In this document: positions 15,499 through 26,768 of the stretch, one piece after another | Position numbering within the stretch: the first letter of the stretch is position 1 | How the letters are laid out: each line of letters starts with the position of its first letter | Source of the DNA: Candidatus Gastranaerophilales bacterium | Lineage (GTDB): Bacteria > Cyanobacteriota > Vampirovibrionia > Gastranaerophilales > Gastranaerophilaceae | Reading direction: 5' to 3' | Assembly (NCBI GenBank): GCA_944323335.1 | Contig: CALUSB010000003.1 | Span: 3,635 to 67,634 of the forward strand | DNA length: 64,000 nt | Translations under genes and position numbers: made by a program | The notes under the pieces: generated by a model | Told to the model about the DNA's origin: nothing | The model's database searches: none | The model's input: only the letters and a program-made list of their open reading frames with translations

Positions 15499-15514
15499 AT
15501 GCTATAATTTCCCT

Positions 15515-16585
15515 ATGAGAATATTTTTAATCGGAAAATCAGCAGCAGTTTACGCCCTTGCGGATTACTTCAGTGAAAATAAAGACAATATCGTGTTTTC
15601 TACCCTTGAGGACACCTCAGCCGAGTTTGTTGATATTGCACAAATTAACACTCAAGAGCTTAAAGAGTTTGCTCTGGCTAATGAAATGTCTCTTACAATT
15701 TTATGTGATAGTGAATCTATTACAAGCGACATTCAAAAAGAATTCACCCAATCAGGCCTAAGTGTCTTTGCGCCCGAGGGCGAGTGTTTAAAGTTTATTG
15801 AATCTAAAATCTGGGCAAAAAAGTTCATCTACAGAAATAAAATCCCGACTCCAAGGTTTCAATTTTTTGAAAAACCTCAGGCAGCAATTGATTATATAAG
15901 ACAAAATAAATTTCCCGTTGTCATTAAACCCGATTCACACAGTTTAATAGGCACAAGGATTTGTGAAACATTTAAAAGTGCAAAAGAAGCGGTTGAAGAG
16001 TTCTTCAACACAGGCTCAAAAAGAATATTGACGGAAGAGTATATCTTTGGTCAAGAATTTAGCGTTTATGTAATTTGTGACGGCTACAACCCTGTTTTAA
16101 TAGGGGATTGTGCGGCATATCAAAATTCCTTTGCAAAATTTGACTGCGACTTTATTGAAGAAAACGAAAAACAAGAGCTCTTTAAAAACACAATTGTGCC
16201 GCTTGTCGGGGCGCTTTCAAAAGATATGGGCGAATACACGGGCATTATGGGTTTTGACTTTATAAAATCAAAAAATAAAATTTACCTTCTGGAGTGTAAC
16301 TCGTTTTTTAAAGATTTAGACGCTAAAATGATGATTGAAGCAATGGATGAACCCTTGGGAAAAGTTTTTGAAAGTGCGATAGACGGTACTTTATGCAGCA
16401 GTTTTGAAAGACTGAAAAACAAAGACAGGTATTTTTTAAGTGCACAGTTTTACGAAAATTCTCAAAAAGTAAACATTTGCCATAGCGGAAGAACGCTAAA
16501 TGAGGCAAAAAAACACTTAATTGAAGATGGAGCGGATGAAAACGAGCTTATGGAGGCGTTTAAAATATGGAAATACTTGCAATAA
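15515..16585 (+). CDS. ATP-grasp protein, divergent PurD (GAR synthetase)-like
   Basis: 356 aa. PurD-like layout (VVIKPDSHSLIG, EEYIFGQEFSVYVICDG, LLECNSFF), but the N-terminal GGREHA motif is replaced by GKSAAVYA. Confidence 0.5.
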   Translation: MRIFLIGKSAAVYALADYFSENKDNIVFSTLEDTSAEFVDIAQINTQELKEFALANEMSLTILCDSESITSDIQKEFTQSGLSVFAPEGECLKFIESKIWAKKFIYRNKIPTPRFQFFEKPQAAIDYIRQNKFPVVIKPDSHSLIGTRICETFKSAKEAVEEFFNTGSKRILTEEYIFGQEFSVYVICDGYNPVLIGDCAAYQNSFAKFDCDFIEENEKQELFKNTIVPLVGALSKDMGEYTGIMGFDFIKSKNKIYLLECNSFFKDLDAKMMIEAMDEPLGKVFESAIDGTLCSSFERLKNKDRYFLSAQFYENSQKVNICHSGRTLNEAKKHLIEDGADENELMEAFKIWKYLQ

Positions 16586-17262
16586 TTCCTGCCCGCGGCG
16601 GTTCTAAAGGTATAAAGAGAAAAAATCTCCGCCCTATTTGCTCAAAACCCCTTGTTGCCTATTCTATTGAAGCAGGGCTAAACTCAAAATACATAACAAG
16701 AACTGTTGTATCAACAGAAGATGAAGAAATAGCACAAGTTTCAAGACAATTTGGCGCGCAAGTCATTAAACGCCCGATGGAACTTGCACAAGATGAAACA
16801 AAAACAATTCCTGTAATGCTGCACGTTGCGCAATATTTAAAAAACAGTGAAAACTACATACCTGACTATGTAGTGCTTCTTCAGCCCACATGCCCGCTTC
16901 GCGATGCAAAATACACAGATGACGCCTTTGATTTTTATTTTGAAAAACAAAAAGAAGGTTACGACAGCTGCTTTAGCGCTTTTGACTTAGGAACAACACA
17001 TGCTAAATGGAAAATAGAGCACGACGGCAGGGCAACAGGACTTTATGACTATCGAACACGCCCTCGCAGACAAGATACAAGCGAGCATTACAAGATGGTA
17101 TGCGAAAACGGAGCGTTTTATGCGCTTAAGTATGAAACAATGCTTGAAGTTAAAGATTTTATTGGCTACAATCCCGCCGTTTATATAACAAAAAGGGTAG
17201 TAGATATTGACACGGAAGAGGATATTTTATGCATAGAAAAACAACTAATGGCAAAAAATTAA
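16567..17262 (+). CDS. Acylneuraminate (nonulosonic acid) cytidylyltransferase-family protein
   Basis: 231 aa. [17 protein letters not shown] and LLQPTCPLR are typical of the NeuA/PseF/LegF-type CMP-sugar synthetase family. It overlaps the upstream gene by 19 nt. Confidence 0.8.
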   Translation: MEILAIIPARGGSKGIKRKNLRPICSKPLVAYSIEAGLNSKYITRTVVSTEDEEIAQVSRQFGAQVIKRPMELAQDETKTIPVMLHVAQYLKNSENYIPDYVVLLQPTCPLRDAKYTDDAFDFYFEKQKEGYDSCFSAFDLGTTHAKWKIEHDGRATGLYDYRTRPRRQDTSEHYKMVCENGAFYALKYETMLEVKDFIGYNPAVYITKRVVDIDTEEDILCIEKQLMAKN

Positions 17263-17474
17263 GCCTCGGGCAAATCATCTGTCTAAAGCTAATATCCCTC
17301 TACAGATTTTTTTCAAAATACACGCCCTCAACGTGCAGATTTTACCCGACCTGCTCAAAATACACTTATCTTGCCATTGAAAAATATGGTGTACTAAAGG
17401 GTATTTTCCTTGGCATAAAAAGAATTTTAAAATGTCACCCCTATCACCCCGGTGGGTACGACCCGCTGCCTTAG
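17229..17474 (+). CDS. yidD: Membrane protein insertion efficiency factor YidD
   Basis: 81 aa. [19 protein letters not shown]...[16 protein letters not shown]. Confidence 0.85.
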   Translation: MHRKTTNGKKLSLGQIICLKLISLYRFFSKYTPSTCRFYPTCSKYTYLAIEKYGVLKGIFLGIKRILKCHPYHPGGYDPLP

Positions 17475-18064
17475 TCAAGAATTTCTACTTCGCCGTTTTC
17501 AAGGGTAAAATAGGCTTTTACAATCTTTAGACTGCCGTTTTCATAAGCTTCTTTTATAACTTTTGATTTAGCAAGCAGCCTGTGTTTTGCAAAGTCGCAG
17601 TAATATTTTGCAAGCTCATTAAAACAGTGTGTGCCCATTTGCATTTTAACACACTGGGCGTGGTGAATGAGATTTTCAAGTTCATCATTACATAAAGGCG
17701 CGCCCATAGCGTACTTCATAACACCGCAATCTTGGTGTCCAAGGATAACAAGAAGTTTGATTTTTAGATGACTTACGCCGTACTCAAGCGTCTCAAGTAC
17801 ATTTGGCCCTATTGTACCGCCTGCGCTTCTGGCTACAAAAAGCTCTCCTAAACCTGTGTCAAAAATAATCTCCGGTGAAGTTCTTGAATCAGAACAGCCA
17901 AGAACCATGGCATAGGGCTTTTGCCCCTCTGTCAGAGTTTTTTTCATTTCATTAAAGCAGTGATTTTTTACCCGAGGGGTGTTGTTTTTAAAACACCTGT
18001 TCCCCTCAAGTAAAATCTCTAAAAGCTCATCTGCACTGTAGTTTTCGCTATCAATTTTTTTCAT
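17471..18064 (-). CDS. Beta-class carbonic anhydrase
   Basis: 197 aa with CSDSR and GHQDCG zinc-ligand motifs. TAATG overlap with serS. Confidence 0.85.
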   Translation of the reverse strand: MKKIDSENYSADELLEILLEGNRCFKNNTPRVKNHCFNEMKKTLTEGQKPYAMVLGCSDSRTSPEIIFDTGLGELFVARSAGGTIGPNVLETLEYGVSHLKIKLLVILGHQDCGVMKYAMGAPLCNDELENLIHHAQCVKMQMGTHCFNELAKYYCDFAKHRLLAKSKVIKEAYENGSLKIVKAYFTLENGEVEILD

Positions 18065-19329
18065 TATATTTTGTCAAATCCTGTGTATTTTCTAAGCGCT
18101 TCAGGGATAATAATATCTCCCTCAGGTGTTTGATAATTTTCTATTATTGCAGCAAAAGTTCTGCCGACCGCAAGACCCGAGCCGTTAATCGTGTGGACAA
18201 ATTGAACTTTTCCGGTTTCCTTGTCACGGTAACGGATATTTGCTCTTCTTGCCTGATAATCACCGTAGTTTGAGCAGCTTGAGATTTCTTTGTAGGTACC
18301 ATATGATGGCATCCAAACTTCTAAATCCCAGCATTTATTTGCAGAAAAACCAATATCAGCACTGCAAAGCGCTTCTCTTCTGTAAGGAAGTTCAAGCAGC
18401 TGGAGCATTTTTTCTGCATCTTTTGTTAATTTATCGTGTTCTTCAGGACTTGTTTGAGGAGTTGTAAGCTTAACAAGTTCAACTTTATTAAACTGGTGCA
18501 CTCTTATAAGCCCTCTTGTATCTTTACCTGCAGAACCCGCTTCGCGCCTGAAACAAGGAGTATATGCGCACATATACATAGGAAGCATATCTTCATTTAA
18601 TATTTCGCCTGAGTATATGTTTGTAACGGGGACTTCTGCAGTCGGAATGAGGTATAAATCCTCATCTACACACTTATACATATCCTGTTCAAACTTTGGA
18701 AGCTGTCCTGTTCCTGTCATTGTGGCGGCGTTTGCCATAAACGGAGGCAAAATTTCCTCATATCCCTGCTCTTGGGTATGAATATCAAGGAAAAAGTTTA
18801 TTATAGCGCGCTCAAGCTTAGCGCCTTTGCCCCTGTATAGAGTAAATCTGCTCTGAGAAAGCTTAACACCGCGCTCAAAATCAACAATATTTTTTGCTTC
18901 ACACAAATCCCAGTGAGCCTTAAATTCAAAGTCAAATTTCCTGGGCTCGCCCCACTTGTAGACTTCAACATTGTCATCTTCTGAAGTACCGATTGGAGTT
19001 GTTTCATCTGGAATGTTTGGAATATTCAAAAGAAGATTTCTTTGTTTTTCATCAAGACTTGATTGTTTCTCTTCAAGTTCTTTTATTTCATCACCGATTT
19101 TTTTCACTTCGGCTTGAATTTCATCAGTGTTTTGACCTGCTTTTTTCAGTTCGCCTATTTTTTGAGATTCGTTTTTTCTTTTTGCTCTTAGTTCGTCAAG
19201 CGTAAACTGCATTTTTCTTCTCTCTTCATCAACGGCAAGAACCGCGTCAATTGAGAGTTCCGGGTTTCTTCTTTTTAAAAGTTCGTTTATTTTTTCAGGA
19301 TTTTCTCTTATCAGTTTAATATCCAGCAT
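18064..19329 (-). CDS. serS: Serine--tRNA ligase
   Basis: 421 aa with an N-terminal coiled-coil arm and class II core ([29 protein letters not shown]). Confidence 0.95.
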   Translation of the reverse strand: MLDIKLIRENPEKINELLKRRNPELSIDAVLAVDEERRKMQFTLDELRAKRKNESQKIGELKKAGQNTDEIQAEVKKIGDEIKELEEKQSSLDEKQRNLLLNIPNIPDETTPIGTSEDDNVEVYKWGEPRKFDFEFKAHWDLCEAKNIVDFERGVKLSQSRFTLYRGKGAKLERAIINFFLDIHTQEQGYEEILPPFMANAATMTGTGQLPKFEQDMYKCVDEDLYLIPTAEVPVTNIYSGEILNEDMLPMYMCAYTPCFRREAGSAGKDTRGLIRVHQFNKVELVKLTTPQTSPEEHDKLTKDAEKMLQLLELPYRREALCSADIGFSANKCWDLEVWMPSYGTYKEISSCSNYGDYQARRANIRYRDKETGKVQFVHTINGSGLAVGRTFAAIIENYQTPEGDIIIPEALRKYTGFDKI

Positions 19330-20060
19330 TAAATACCTTCTTTCTCCTTAATTTTATCCAAATATGCCTTTAATTCTTTTATCTGCTTTGGTTTTATCGC
19401 CTTAAACTGTCCCTTTTTAAGACCGACCAAGTCAATTGTAGCATGTCTTATTCTCTTTAAGTGAATAACATTGTGCCCTAAAAACTCTATCATTCGCCTT
19501 ATCTGGCGATTCATGCCCTGATATAGCGTTATTTCAAGCAGGGTTTCGTCTTTTTTTCTCTCAATAATCTCACAATCACAGTATGCGATTTTACCTTTTT
19601 CAAGTTCAATGCCCGATGCCAGACGCTCTAAATCTTCAACCTTTAAAAAAGCGTCAACAGTTACCCTGTAGACTTTTGCAACCTTAATGGAGGGGTGAGT
19701 AAGCTCATATACAAGATTCCCGTCATTAGTTAAAATCAAAAGCCCCGATGAGTCCTTATCCAGCCTGCCGACAGGGTTAAGGTGCGACATTTCATCGGGC
19801 AGAATATCATAAATTGTTTTTCTGCCTTTTTCATCGCTGCTTGTTGTTATGTAACCCGTAGGTTTATAAAAACGGTAGTACTCAAGCTTCATAGTGCGAA
19901 GAGGTTTGTTGTCTATGCTAACTTTGTCTTTTGTTCTTATTTCATAACCAAGCAGCTTAACAACTTCACCGTTCACGCGCACACGCCCAGCCTCAATAAG
20001 CTCATCTGCCTTACGGCGAGAGCAAAATCCGCTTGAAGCTATGTATTTATTTATTCTCAT
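19329..20060 (-). CDS. Pseudouridine synthase, RsuA/RluB family (S4 domain)
   Basis: 243 aa. S4 domain [21 protein letters not shown], catalytic [17 protein letters not shown]. Confidence 0.85.
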   Translation of the reverse strand: MRINKYIASSGFCSRRKADELIEAGRVRVNGEVVKLLGYEIRTKDKVSIDNKPLRTMKLEYYRFYKPTGYITTSSDEKGRKTIYDILPDEMSHLNPVGRLDKDSSGLLILTNDGNLVYELTHPSIKVAKVYRVTVDAFLKVEDLERLASGIELEKGKIAYCDCEIIERKKDETLLEITLYQGMNRQIRRMIEFLGHNVIHLKRIRHATIDLVGLKKGQFKAIKPKQIKELKAYLDKIKEKEGI

Positions 20061-20063
20061 AAA

Positions 20064-22532
20064 CTACCTTAAGATGACGCCCGGGATATTTTTTGTCAGA
20101 CCTTCTCTTATTTTTGTCATTTCTTTATCAATAATCTCATCAGTGAGGGTTTGATTTTCATCTTGCAGGGTAATTCTGTATGCCATTGATTTTTTGCCTT
20201 TTTCGATGTGCTCACCCTGATAAATATCAAACACCTTAGCACCTTTAAAGATATTTTTGTCCGCAACTTTTTTAATAACTTTTAAAATTGCCTCGTTTGT
20301 AACTTCTTCATCAAGCGCAAAAGCAATATCCCTTGTAACAGGCAAAAATACGGGAAGTTTTTTGTATTTAACGGTACTTGGCACAACGGCTTCTAAAATT
20401 GCCTCAAGGTTAATTTCAAAAACATACAAGTCTTGATTGAACTTCATTTTATCTTTCAAAATTGGGTGAATTTTACCCACATAACCAAGGTTTGTAAAGT
20501 TTTTGCCCATAAGGGAGATTTTTGCACTCTGAGCTGGGTGCATAAATTCGTTTTTCTTTGCGTCATTTTCATCAAAAGCACTATAGACAATTCTTTTTGT
20601 AAGATTCAGTTTTTCAAAAAGATTTTCTAAAACGCCTTTTAGTGTGTAGAAATCAACGGGCTTTTTGTCGTTCCACATTTCATTATTTACACTGCCAAAA
20701 ATAGCACCGCAGAGCTTTCTTTGCTCACTGACACCCGAGTTATCTTCATCTGCCTGAGAACTTACAAAGAAAGTTTTTCCTATTTCATAAAATCTAAAAT
20801 TCTTCTGTCCGTTATCAAAATTACCTTTTATGATATTTAAAAGACTTGGCATAAGTGCCTGTCTTAGGGTTGTATGGTCTTCGCTTTGAGGATTTTTAAC
20901 TTTAAGGGAAGTTTTATCATCAAGCTCTTGGAAATATTCTCTATAAAGGTTATCGCCTACAAGAGAAGATGTGACAACTTCATCGAACCCTGAGCCTAAA
21001 AATATTTCATTTATCTTTTTAAGAGTTCTGCTCTCAAAACTTATCTGAGCACCTTCATCAATTTGAGGAAGTGCAGGAGCGATTTTATCGTAACCGTCAA
21101 TTCTTGAAACTTCTTCTATAAGGTCAATTTCACGGTAAACATCATTTACCCTGTGGCTTGGAACTCTAAACTTGGCTGCCGCTTCATTTTTGCCCAACAA
21201 CGTAAAACCGAGATTTTCAAGCACTTCTATCGAGCGCTCTTGCGGGATGTCTATACCCAAAATTCTCTTTATTTCACTGTTTCTAAGAGTGATATCAATC
21301 TCGGGTGCTTTTGGTGTACCAACTTCAGCCATTGAATCAATTTTAGCGTCAGCGTATTTTTCCATAAGCTGTGCCGCTCTTAAAAGACCGCAGCGCACAA
21401 GCTCAGCGTCCACACCGCGCTCAAATCTGGCACTTGCTTCAGAGCGATAACCCACCGAGCGAGCGGATTTTCTGTTTGTATGAGATGTAAAGTTAGCCGC
21501 CTCAAGAGCAATATTTTTTGTATTGTCATCAATTTCAGAGTTTAGGCCGCCAAAAACACCTGCTATACAAACAGGGGTATCTTTTGTAGATATAACTACA
21601 CTTTGATTTGTAAGTTTTCTTTCTGTTTCATCAATAGTTACAATACTTTCACCCTCATGGGCATATCTTACGCAGAGGTAATTATCGAGTTTATCAAAAT
21701 CAAAAGCATGTAAGGGTGTGCCGTATTCAAGCAGAACATAGTTTGTAATGTCAACTACGTTGTTAATCGCTCTCATACCGCAGGCTTCAATTCTTCTTTG
21801 CATAAAAGCAGGTGAAGGCTTGATTTTAATATCTTTTAAAAGTGCGATTGAATAGTATTTGCAAGTTTCATCATCTTTTATTTCAATTTTAAAATCTTGA
21901 GTTTTCTTAGGCTCAACACAATCTTTTGGATTAAAGTTCATTTTCCTGTTGAATAAAGCACTTACTTCGCGCGCTATACCTACAACAGACATCTGATCAC
22001 CCCTGTTTGCGGTAGGTGCAACGTGGAAGATAATTTCCTCCGACAGGTTCATAATCTTTTCTAAGGGCTCACCAAGAGGGATAGTGTCATAGACACGATT
22101 TAGGATAAATATACCGTCCTCTTCCTGCATACCATCTAAGCCCAGTTCGTCGCAAGAGCAGAGCATACCTTGAGATTCAACACCGCGAATTACGGCAGGA
22201 GTGAGTTCAAAAAGCTCACCTGTTTTTCTTGAGAAAACTTTTGAACCGACACTTGCATAGGGAATTATTTGCCCCTCTTCAATGTTTTGAGCACCACAGA
22301 CAACCTGTTTTGTAGCAAAACCCGTATCAACAGTTACAAGGTGAAGCTTGTCCGCATTTGGGTGATTATCTATTTTTAGGATTTTTGCCGTGATTATATT
22401 TGTAAATTTCGGTTTTTTATATTCAACCTCTTCTACCTCAAGACCGCTCATTGTAAGCTTATGGGCAATTTGTTCGGGCTCAATTCCCGATAAATCTACA
22501 AATTCGTTTAACCACTCGTATGAAACCTGCAT
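20064..22532 (-). CDS. pheT: Phenylalanine--tRNA ligase beta subunit
   Basis: 822 aa. MQVSYEWLNEFVDL start, with tRNA-binding, B3/4, B5 and FDX-ACB layout. Confidence 0.95.
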   Translation of the reverse strand: MQVSYEWLNEFVDLSGIEPEQIAHKLTMSGLEVEEVEYKKPKFTNIITAKILKIDNHPNADKLHLVTVDTGFATKQVVCGAQNIEEGQIIPYASVGSKVFSRKTGELFELTPAVIRGVESQGMLCSCDELGLDGMQEEDGIFILNRVYDTIPLGEPLEKIMNLSEEIIFHVAPTANRGDQMSVVGIAREVSALFNRKMNFNPKDCVEPKKTQDFKIEIKDDETCKYYSIALLKDIKIKPSPAFMQRRIEACGMRAINNVVDITNYVLLEYGTPLHAFDFDKLDNYLCVRYAHEGESIVTIDETERKLTNQSVVISTKDTPVCIAGVFGGLNSEIDDNTKNIALEAANFTSHTNRKSARSVGYRSEASARFERGVDAELVRCGLLRAAQLMEKYADAKIDSMAEVGTPKAPEIDITLRNSEIKRILGIDIPQERSIEVLENLGFTLLGKNEAAAKFRVPSHRVNDVYREIDLIEEVSRIDGYDKIAPALPQIDEGAQISFESRTLKKINEIFLGSGFDEVVTSSLVGDNLYREYFQELDDKTSLKVKNPQSEDHTTLRQALMPSLLNIIKGNFDNGQKNFRFYEIGKTFFVSSQADEDNSGVSEQRKLCGAIFGSVNNEMWNDKKPVDFYTLKGVLENLFEKLNLTKRIVYSAFDENDAKKNEFMHPAQSAKISLMGKNFTNLGYVGKIHPILKDKMKFNQDLYVFEINLEAILEAVVPSTVKYKKLPVFLPVTRDIAFALDEEVTNEAILKVIKKVADKNIFKGAKVFDIYQGEHIEKGKKSMAYRITLQDENQTLTDEIIDKEMTKIREGLTKNIPGVILR

Positions 22533-22601
22533 TTTAAATCCTCTTTTTTAACATTTTTACAGATTTATTTTAGTAAAAACAAAGTTAAAAATAAAGACGC
22601 T

Positions 22602-24182
22602 CTAAATCACAATTTCTTTTTCGTTTTTATAGGTAACATACCCTAAAACCCCGCCGGGCGGTTTTTTTAAGTATTTTCTTTTTGTGTAAATAATTGAAGC
22701 CTTGGTTGAATTTTTCATAGGGGAGTTATCTTTTACAAGTTTTGCCGCAAATTCAAGCACCTTTGGCGTTAAGCGCGGGGAGTCTTTTTTTATTTTTATT
22801 AAAACGTGAGATGAGGGGCAATTATACGCATGAAACCATATATCCTCCCCTGAGGCGATTTTTGAAACCAAAAAGTCATTTTGTTTGTTATTTTTTCCCA
22901 AAAGAATTTCAAAACCCTCGCACTCATAACTTTTTAGTGAAATTTTTTCCTCTTTTTTAACTTCCTCTTTAATTAACCCGCACATTGCAAGCTCCGAGCG
23001 AATTTCATCCAGCTCGTTAAATGTCGAAGAATTTTCTATGTTAAATAAAATCTCCTCGTAATAAGCACTTTTTTCCTTTGAGTTTATATATTTTTCATAC
23101 CCGTAGTTATAAGCGCCTTTTGCTTTGGCGTAGAGTTTATAATAATTTTGAGCATTTTGAGAAGGGCTTAGTGTACCATCCAAGGGAATTTCTACGCCGT
23201 CGGGGGTAATAAACTTATCTTCACCCTCTTTAATCATATAAATATAGTTAAAAATACTATCGCCCAAAAGCTTGTAGTTGTTGGCTTTTTTCTCATCGGG
23301 GGGATTTTTTAAAATATTAGAGAGTTTTTTTAATTCTGTTTTTAAAACCTTTTGAAGAGTTGTTTTTTTCTGTGCAAAAATTTCATCAAACATAATTTTT
23401 GCAAAGTAATTATCAATAGCACAATTAAACTCATCTTCGCCCCACAATTCAAGCAGTGCACTTGTGTCGTTGAGGCTTATTGTTTCTTGCAGGTTTTTAA
23501 AAAGAATTTCAGGGTCGTTATTTTTTTCTAAAATAATCTCACATAAGGGGTAAGAGAGAAGATAATAGTGCTCGCAGAGAGTTTTTTTAATATCATCAGC
23601 GTTTTTTATAACTTCAAAAAAAGCCCCGTAGCTTGTTTTTAAGATATCTGTTTTATACTGTTTTGGCGGGTAAATATAGGGTATACCGCCTCTGATTTCT
23701 CTGATTGAACTTTTTTGAGCAGAAATATTATGCGCGCTGCCAAGAATATTTTTTGAGCGAAAATCATAAAGGATAATATTTGAATGTTTGCCCATAATTT
23801 CAATAGCAAGAACAATATTTGCAAGCTGACCTATTTCATCATATACCTCAAAGTGAAACTCAAGTATCCTCTCGTACTCCGGAATTGTAATTTTTTTTAT
23901 TCTTGCACCGTCAATGTATTTTCTTAGCTGCATGCAAAACATCGGAGGGTTTTTTGGTATCTCAAGAGCGCGCATTTGATAAGTTTTTTCATTTAAAAAG
24001 CAAATATGAGGATACTTTGGGTTTATATTAATATACAATTTTCGACTCTCACCGCAAGAGCGCAAGTTCAGTATAATCTCACGCCTTGAGGGCTGTTGAA
24101 CTTTCTGCACCGAAGAGTTAAGCAAAAAATCATAATTCAATCTTATGAAATTTTTCAAACTTAAAGAATCAAAATTATACAT
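22602..24182 (-). CDS. rqcH: NFACT-family ribosome quality control protein (FbpA/RqcH-like, DUF814)
   Basis: Start placed at MYNFDSLSLKNF (ATG 24182). The longer track ORF to 24341 runs antisense into nadD. C-terminal DUF814 motif WFHAYNCPSSHVLIK. Confidence 0.8.
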   Translation of the reverse strand: MYNFDSLSLKNFIRLNYDFLLNSSVQKVQQPSRREIILNLRSCGESRKLYININPKYPHICFLNEKTYQMRALEIPKNPPMFCMQLRKYIDGARIKKITIPEYERILEFHFEVYDEIGQLANIVLAIEIMGKHSNIILYDFRSKNILGSAHNISAQKSSIREIRGGIPYIYPPKQYKTDILKTSYGAFFEVIKNADDIKKTLCEHYYLLSYPLCEIILEKNNDPEILFKNLQETISLNDTSALLELWGEDEFNCAIDNYFAKIMFDEIFAQKKTTLQKVLKTELKKLSNILKNPPDEKKANNYKLLGDSIFNYIYMIKEGEDKFITPDGVEIPLDGTLSPSQNAQNYYKLYAKAKGAYNYGYEKYINSKEKSAYYEEILFNIENSSTFNELDEIRSELAMCGLIKEEVKKEEKISLKSYECEGFEILLGKNNKQNDFLVSKIASGEDIWFHAYNCPSSHVLIKIKKDSPRLTPKVLEFAAKLVKDNSPMKNSTKASIIYTKRKYLKKPPGGVLGYVTYKNEKEIVI

Positions 24183-24215
24183 AACAGGAAATATTGTAAT
24201 ATAATTAAAAAGATT

Positions 24216-24824
24216 ATGAAATGCTATTTTTTTGGAACATTTAACCCCATACACAAAGGACACCTTGAAATTGCACGCAAGGTACGCGAGCAGTTTAATT
24301 TTGAAAATGTCATTTTTGTTGTGGCATATGCCCCGCCGCATAAAGTTCCGGACACTACACCCTATGACAGATTAAAAATGGCGCAGCTTGCAGCAGGCAA
24401 AAGCAACGTGAGTGACATTGAGTTTTTTCTGCCCATACCAAGCTACAGTTACAACACAATTCTAGAGCTAAAAAAAAGGGATAAAACAGACAAGATAAAT
24501 TTCATCATGGGTTATGATTCTTTCTTTAAAATTGAAAGCTGGAAAAATCCGCAAATTTTAAAAGAAAATGTTAATTTTATAATCACAAAAAGACACTGCG
24601 AGGGTGATTTAGAAAAACCGCTCAAACATTTAAAAGAGCACGGCTGGAATTTTAAAATTGCAGATATTGACTTTATTGATGTATCATCAAATATGATTAG
24701 AGAAAAACTCTACAACAACCAAAGCACGGATGGTTTAATAGAGCCAAGGACACAGGAGTATATTTATGAACATGGATTATATAGAAAACAGGCTCAAGGA
24801 GTGCCTGAACGAAGAGAGATTTAA
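24216..24824 (+). CDS. nadD: Nicotinate-nucleotide adenylyltransferase
   Basis: 202 aa. FFGTFNPIHKGHLEIA, ISSNMIRE-type C-terminal motif (VSSNMIREK). Confidence 0.9.
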   Translation: MKCYFFGTFNPIHKGHLEIARKVREQFNFENVIFVVAYAPPHKVPDTTPYDRLKMAQLAAGKSNVSDIEFFLPIPSYSYNTILELKKRDKTDKINFIMGYDSFFKIESWKNPQILKENVNFIITKRHCEGDLEKPLKHLKEHGWNFKIADIDFIDVSSNMIREKLYNNQSTDGLIEPRTQEYIYEHGLYRKQAQGVPERREI

Positions 24825-25356
24825 ACATACTCTGGGGTGTGCTCACTGTGCTATAGAGCTTGCCAAGATGTATGGTTTAGATGAACAAAAAGCATTTCTT
24901 GCAGGACTTTTGCACGATTGTGCCAAGTGCAAACCTAATGATGAGCTTTTAAAAATCATAAAAGAAGAACTAAAAGACGTTGATGAGGGCGAACTTCAAA
25001 ACTACAAAACCCTCCACGCTCCTGTCGGCGCTTATTTTGCAAGGACAATTTATGGTATAGAAGATAAAGAAATTATTGATGCCATTCGCTGCCATACAAT
25101 AGGCAAGGTAAATATGAACCTTTTTGAAAAAATAATTTTTCTTGCCGACAAGATAGAGTGCTACACAAGGGACAAAAATTACTCGGATGAAATTAAAAAA
25201 ATCCTGACCGACAACCCCGGAGAAAAAGGGCTTGATATGGCACTTTTAAGATGTTTTTCAGAAACAATACACTCCCTTGTAAGAAGAGAGCTAAAAATCT
25301 GCAAAACGACAATTGATGTATATAATGAGCTTTTAGATAAAGTAAAGAATATATAA
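24766..25356 (+). CDS. yqeK: HD-domain phosphohydrolase YqeK
   Basis: 196 aa. RFKHTLGCAHCA...LLHDCAK. Conserved nadD-yqeK pairing. Confidence 0.85.
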   Translation: MNMDYIENRLKECLNEERFKHTLGCAHCAIELAKMYGLDEQKAFLAGLLHDCAKCKPNDELLKIIKEELKDVDEGELQNYKTLHAPVGAYFARTIYGIEDKEIIDAIRCHTIGKVNMNLFEKIIFLADKIECYTRDKNYSDEIKKILTDNPGEKGLDMALLRCFSETIHSLVRRELKICKTTIDVYNELLDKVKNI

Positions 25357-25430
25357 AGAGCACAAAATTTTAAATTTTTGTATTACAATTGTAATCAGGC
25401 AATTTTTCCATTTTAATCCGGAGAGAAAAC

Positions 25431-26759
25431 TTGAAAAATTCAAGGCTCACAACCTTTATATTTTCAGCGCTTTTTGCAGGCATACTTTTTGGCTGGCTTG
25501 CACCCGATTGGGCAGCAAAAATGCAGCCTCTGGCAGATGTTTTCTTAAAAATGGTTAAAATGATAATTGCTCCGCTTATCTTTGCGACACTTGTTGTAGG
25601 TATAGCAGGACACGGGGATGTAAAAAACCTCGGTAAAATAGGTTTAAAAACAATAATATACTTTGAAATTGCAACAACTCTGGCGCTCATTATAGGGCTT
25701 GTTATGGCAAATGTCCTAAAGCCCGGTGCAGGATTTAATATAGATTTAAGTACGATTTCTATGGGTGCCGTCAATGAAATGCAAACCATAAAAGTCGACC
25801 ACTCATTTTCTCATATGCTCTTAGACCTTGTGCCCACAAGTATTTTTAAGGCGCTTGCAGAGGGAAGTCTTTTGCAGATTGTTGTTTTTGCTATTTTCTT
25901 TTCTCTTGCAATTTGTGCAGTTGGTCAAAAAGCTCGTCCCGTGCTTGATTTTATGCAAAGTACTTGCGATATAATGTTTAAGTTTACAGAGTATGTTATG
26001 TACTTTGCACCAATGGGCATTTTTGGAGCAATTTCGGCTACAATAGGCAAAAACGGCGTAGGCATACTTGTTAATTATGCAAAGTTAATAGGGGTGACAT
26101 ACTTATCGCTTATAGTTTTTGTACTTATTACTCTTGTCATTGTCTGTAAAATAATAAGAATACCCTTTGGCGGTATAATAAAAGCGATAAAAGACCCTGC
26201 GCTGCTTGCTTTTTCAACTGCAAGCTCGGAAGCTGCTCTGCCTAAAGCTATGGATGCGATGGAAAAATTCGGAGTTCCAAAAAACATTGTAAGCTTTGTA
26301 ATGCCCACAGGATATACCTTTAACCTTGACGGGTCAACGCTTTATCTTACTCTTACAACACTTTTTTGCGCTCAAGTTGCAGGCATAGATTTAAGTTTTA
26401 ACCAACAGTTATTAATAATGTTCACTCTAATGCTTACATCAAAAGGTATTGCAGGTGTGCCGAGAGTTTCTCTTGTAGTTTTAACAGGTACTCTGCACAC
26501 ATTCGGACTTCCGGTTGAAGGGGTTGCCATACTGCTTGGAATTGACCAAATTCTTGATATGGGAAGAACAACGGTAAACCTTGTGGGCAACTGTGTAGCG
26601 ACAACCGTTGTCGCAAGGTGGGAAGATGAATTTGATTATAAGAAAATGAATAAATTCCTTGACTCTTTAAAAGTAAAAAAACCGTCCCTCGTAAATGAAA
26701 AAATTCTAGCCGACAAGCCTATTCAGTCAGGTAATTTGGAATATCAGGAAACTAAATAA
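25431..26759 (+). CDS. Dicarboxylate/amino acid:cation symporter (DAACS, GltP-like)
   Basis: 442 aa polytopic membrane protein. Motifs: SSEAALP, PTGYTFNLDGSTLY, GIAGVP, DMGRTTVNLVGN. Confidence 0.85.
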   Translation: MKNSRLTTFIFSALFAGILFGWLAPDWAAKMQPLADVFLKMVKMIIAPLIFATLVVGIAGHGDVKNLGKIGLKTIIYFEIATTLALIIGLVMANVLKPGAGFNIDLSTISMGAVNEMQTIKVDHSFSHMLLDLVPTSIFKALAEGSLLQIVVFAIFFSLAICAVGQKARPVLDFMQSTCDIMFKFTEYVMYFAPMGIFGAISATIGKNGVGILVNYAKLIGVTYLSLIVFVLITLVIVCKIIRIPFGGIIKAIKDPALLAFSTASSEAALPKAMDAMEKFGVPKNIVSFVMPTGYTFNLDGSTLYLTLTTLFCAQVAGIDLSFNQQLLIMFTLMLTSKGIAGVPRVSLVVLTGTLHTFGLPVEGVAILLGIDQILDMGRTTVNLVGNCVATTVVARWEDEFDYKKMNKFLDSLKVKKPSLVNEKILADKPIQSGNLEYQETK

Positions 26760-26768
26760 AATACAGTT

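Noticed and set aside
24183-24341. N-terminal 53-aa extension of the NFACT/RqcH ORF (track start 24341)
   Set aside because: The extension runs antisense through the 5' end of nadD and is not family-like. MYNFDSL at 24182 matches the usual NFACT N-terminus, leaving a 33-nt divergent gap.
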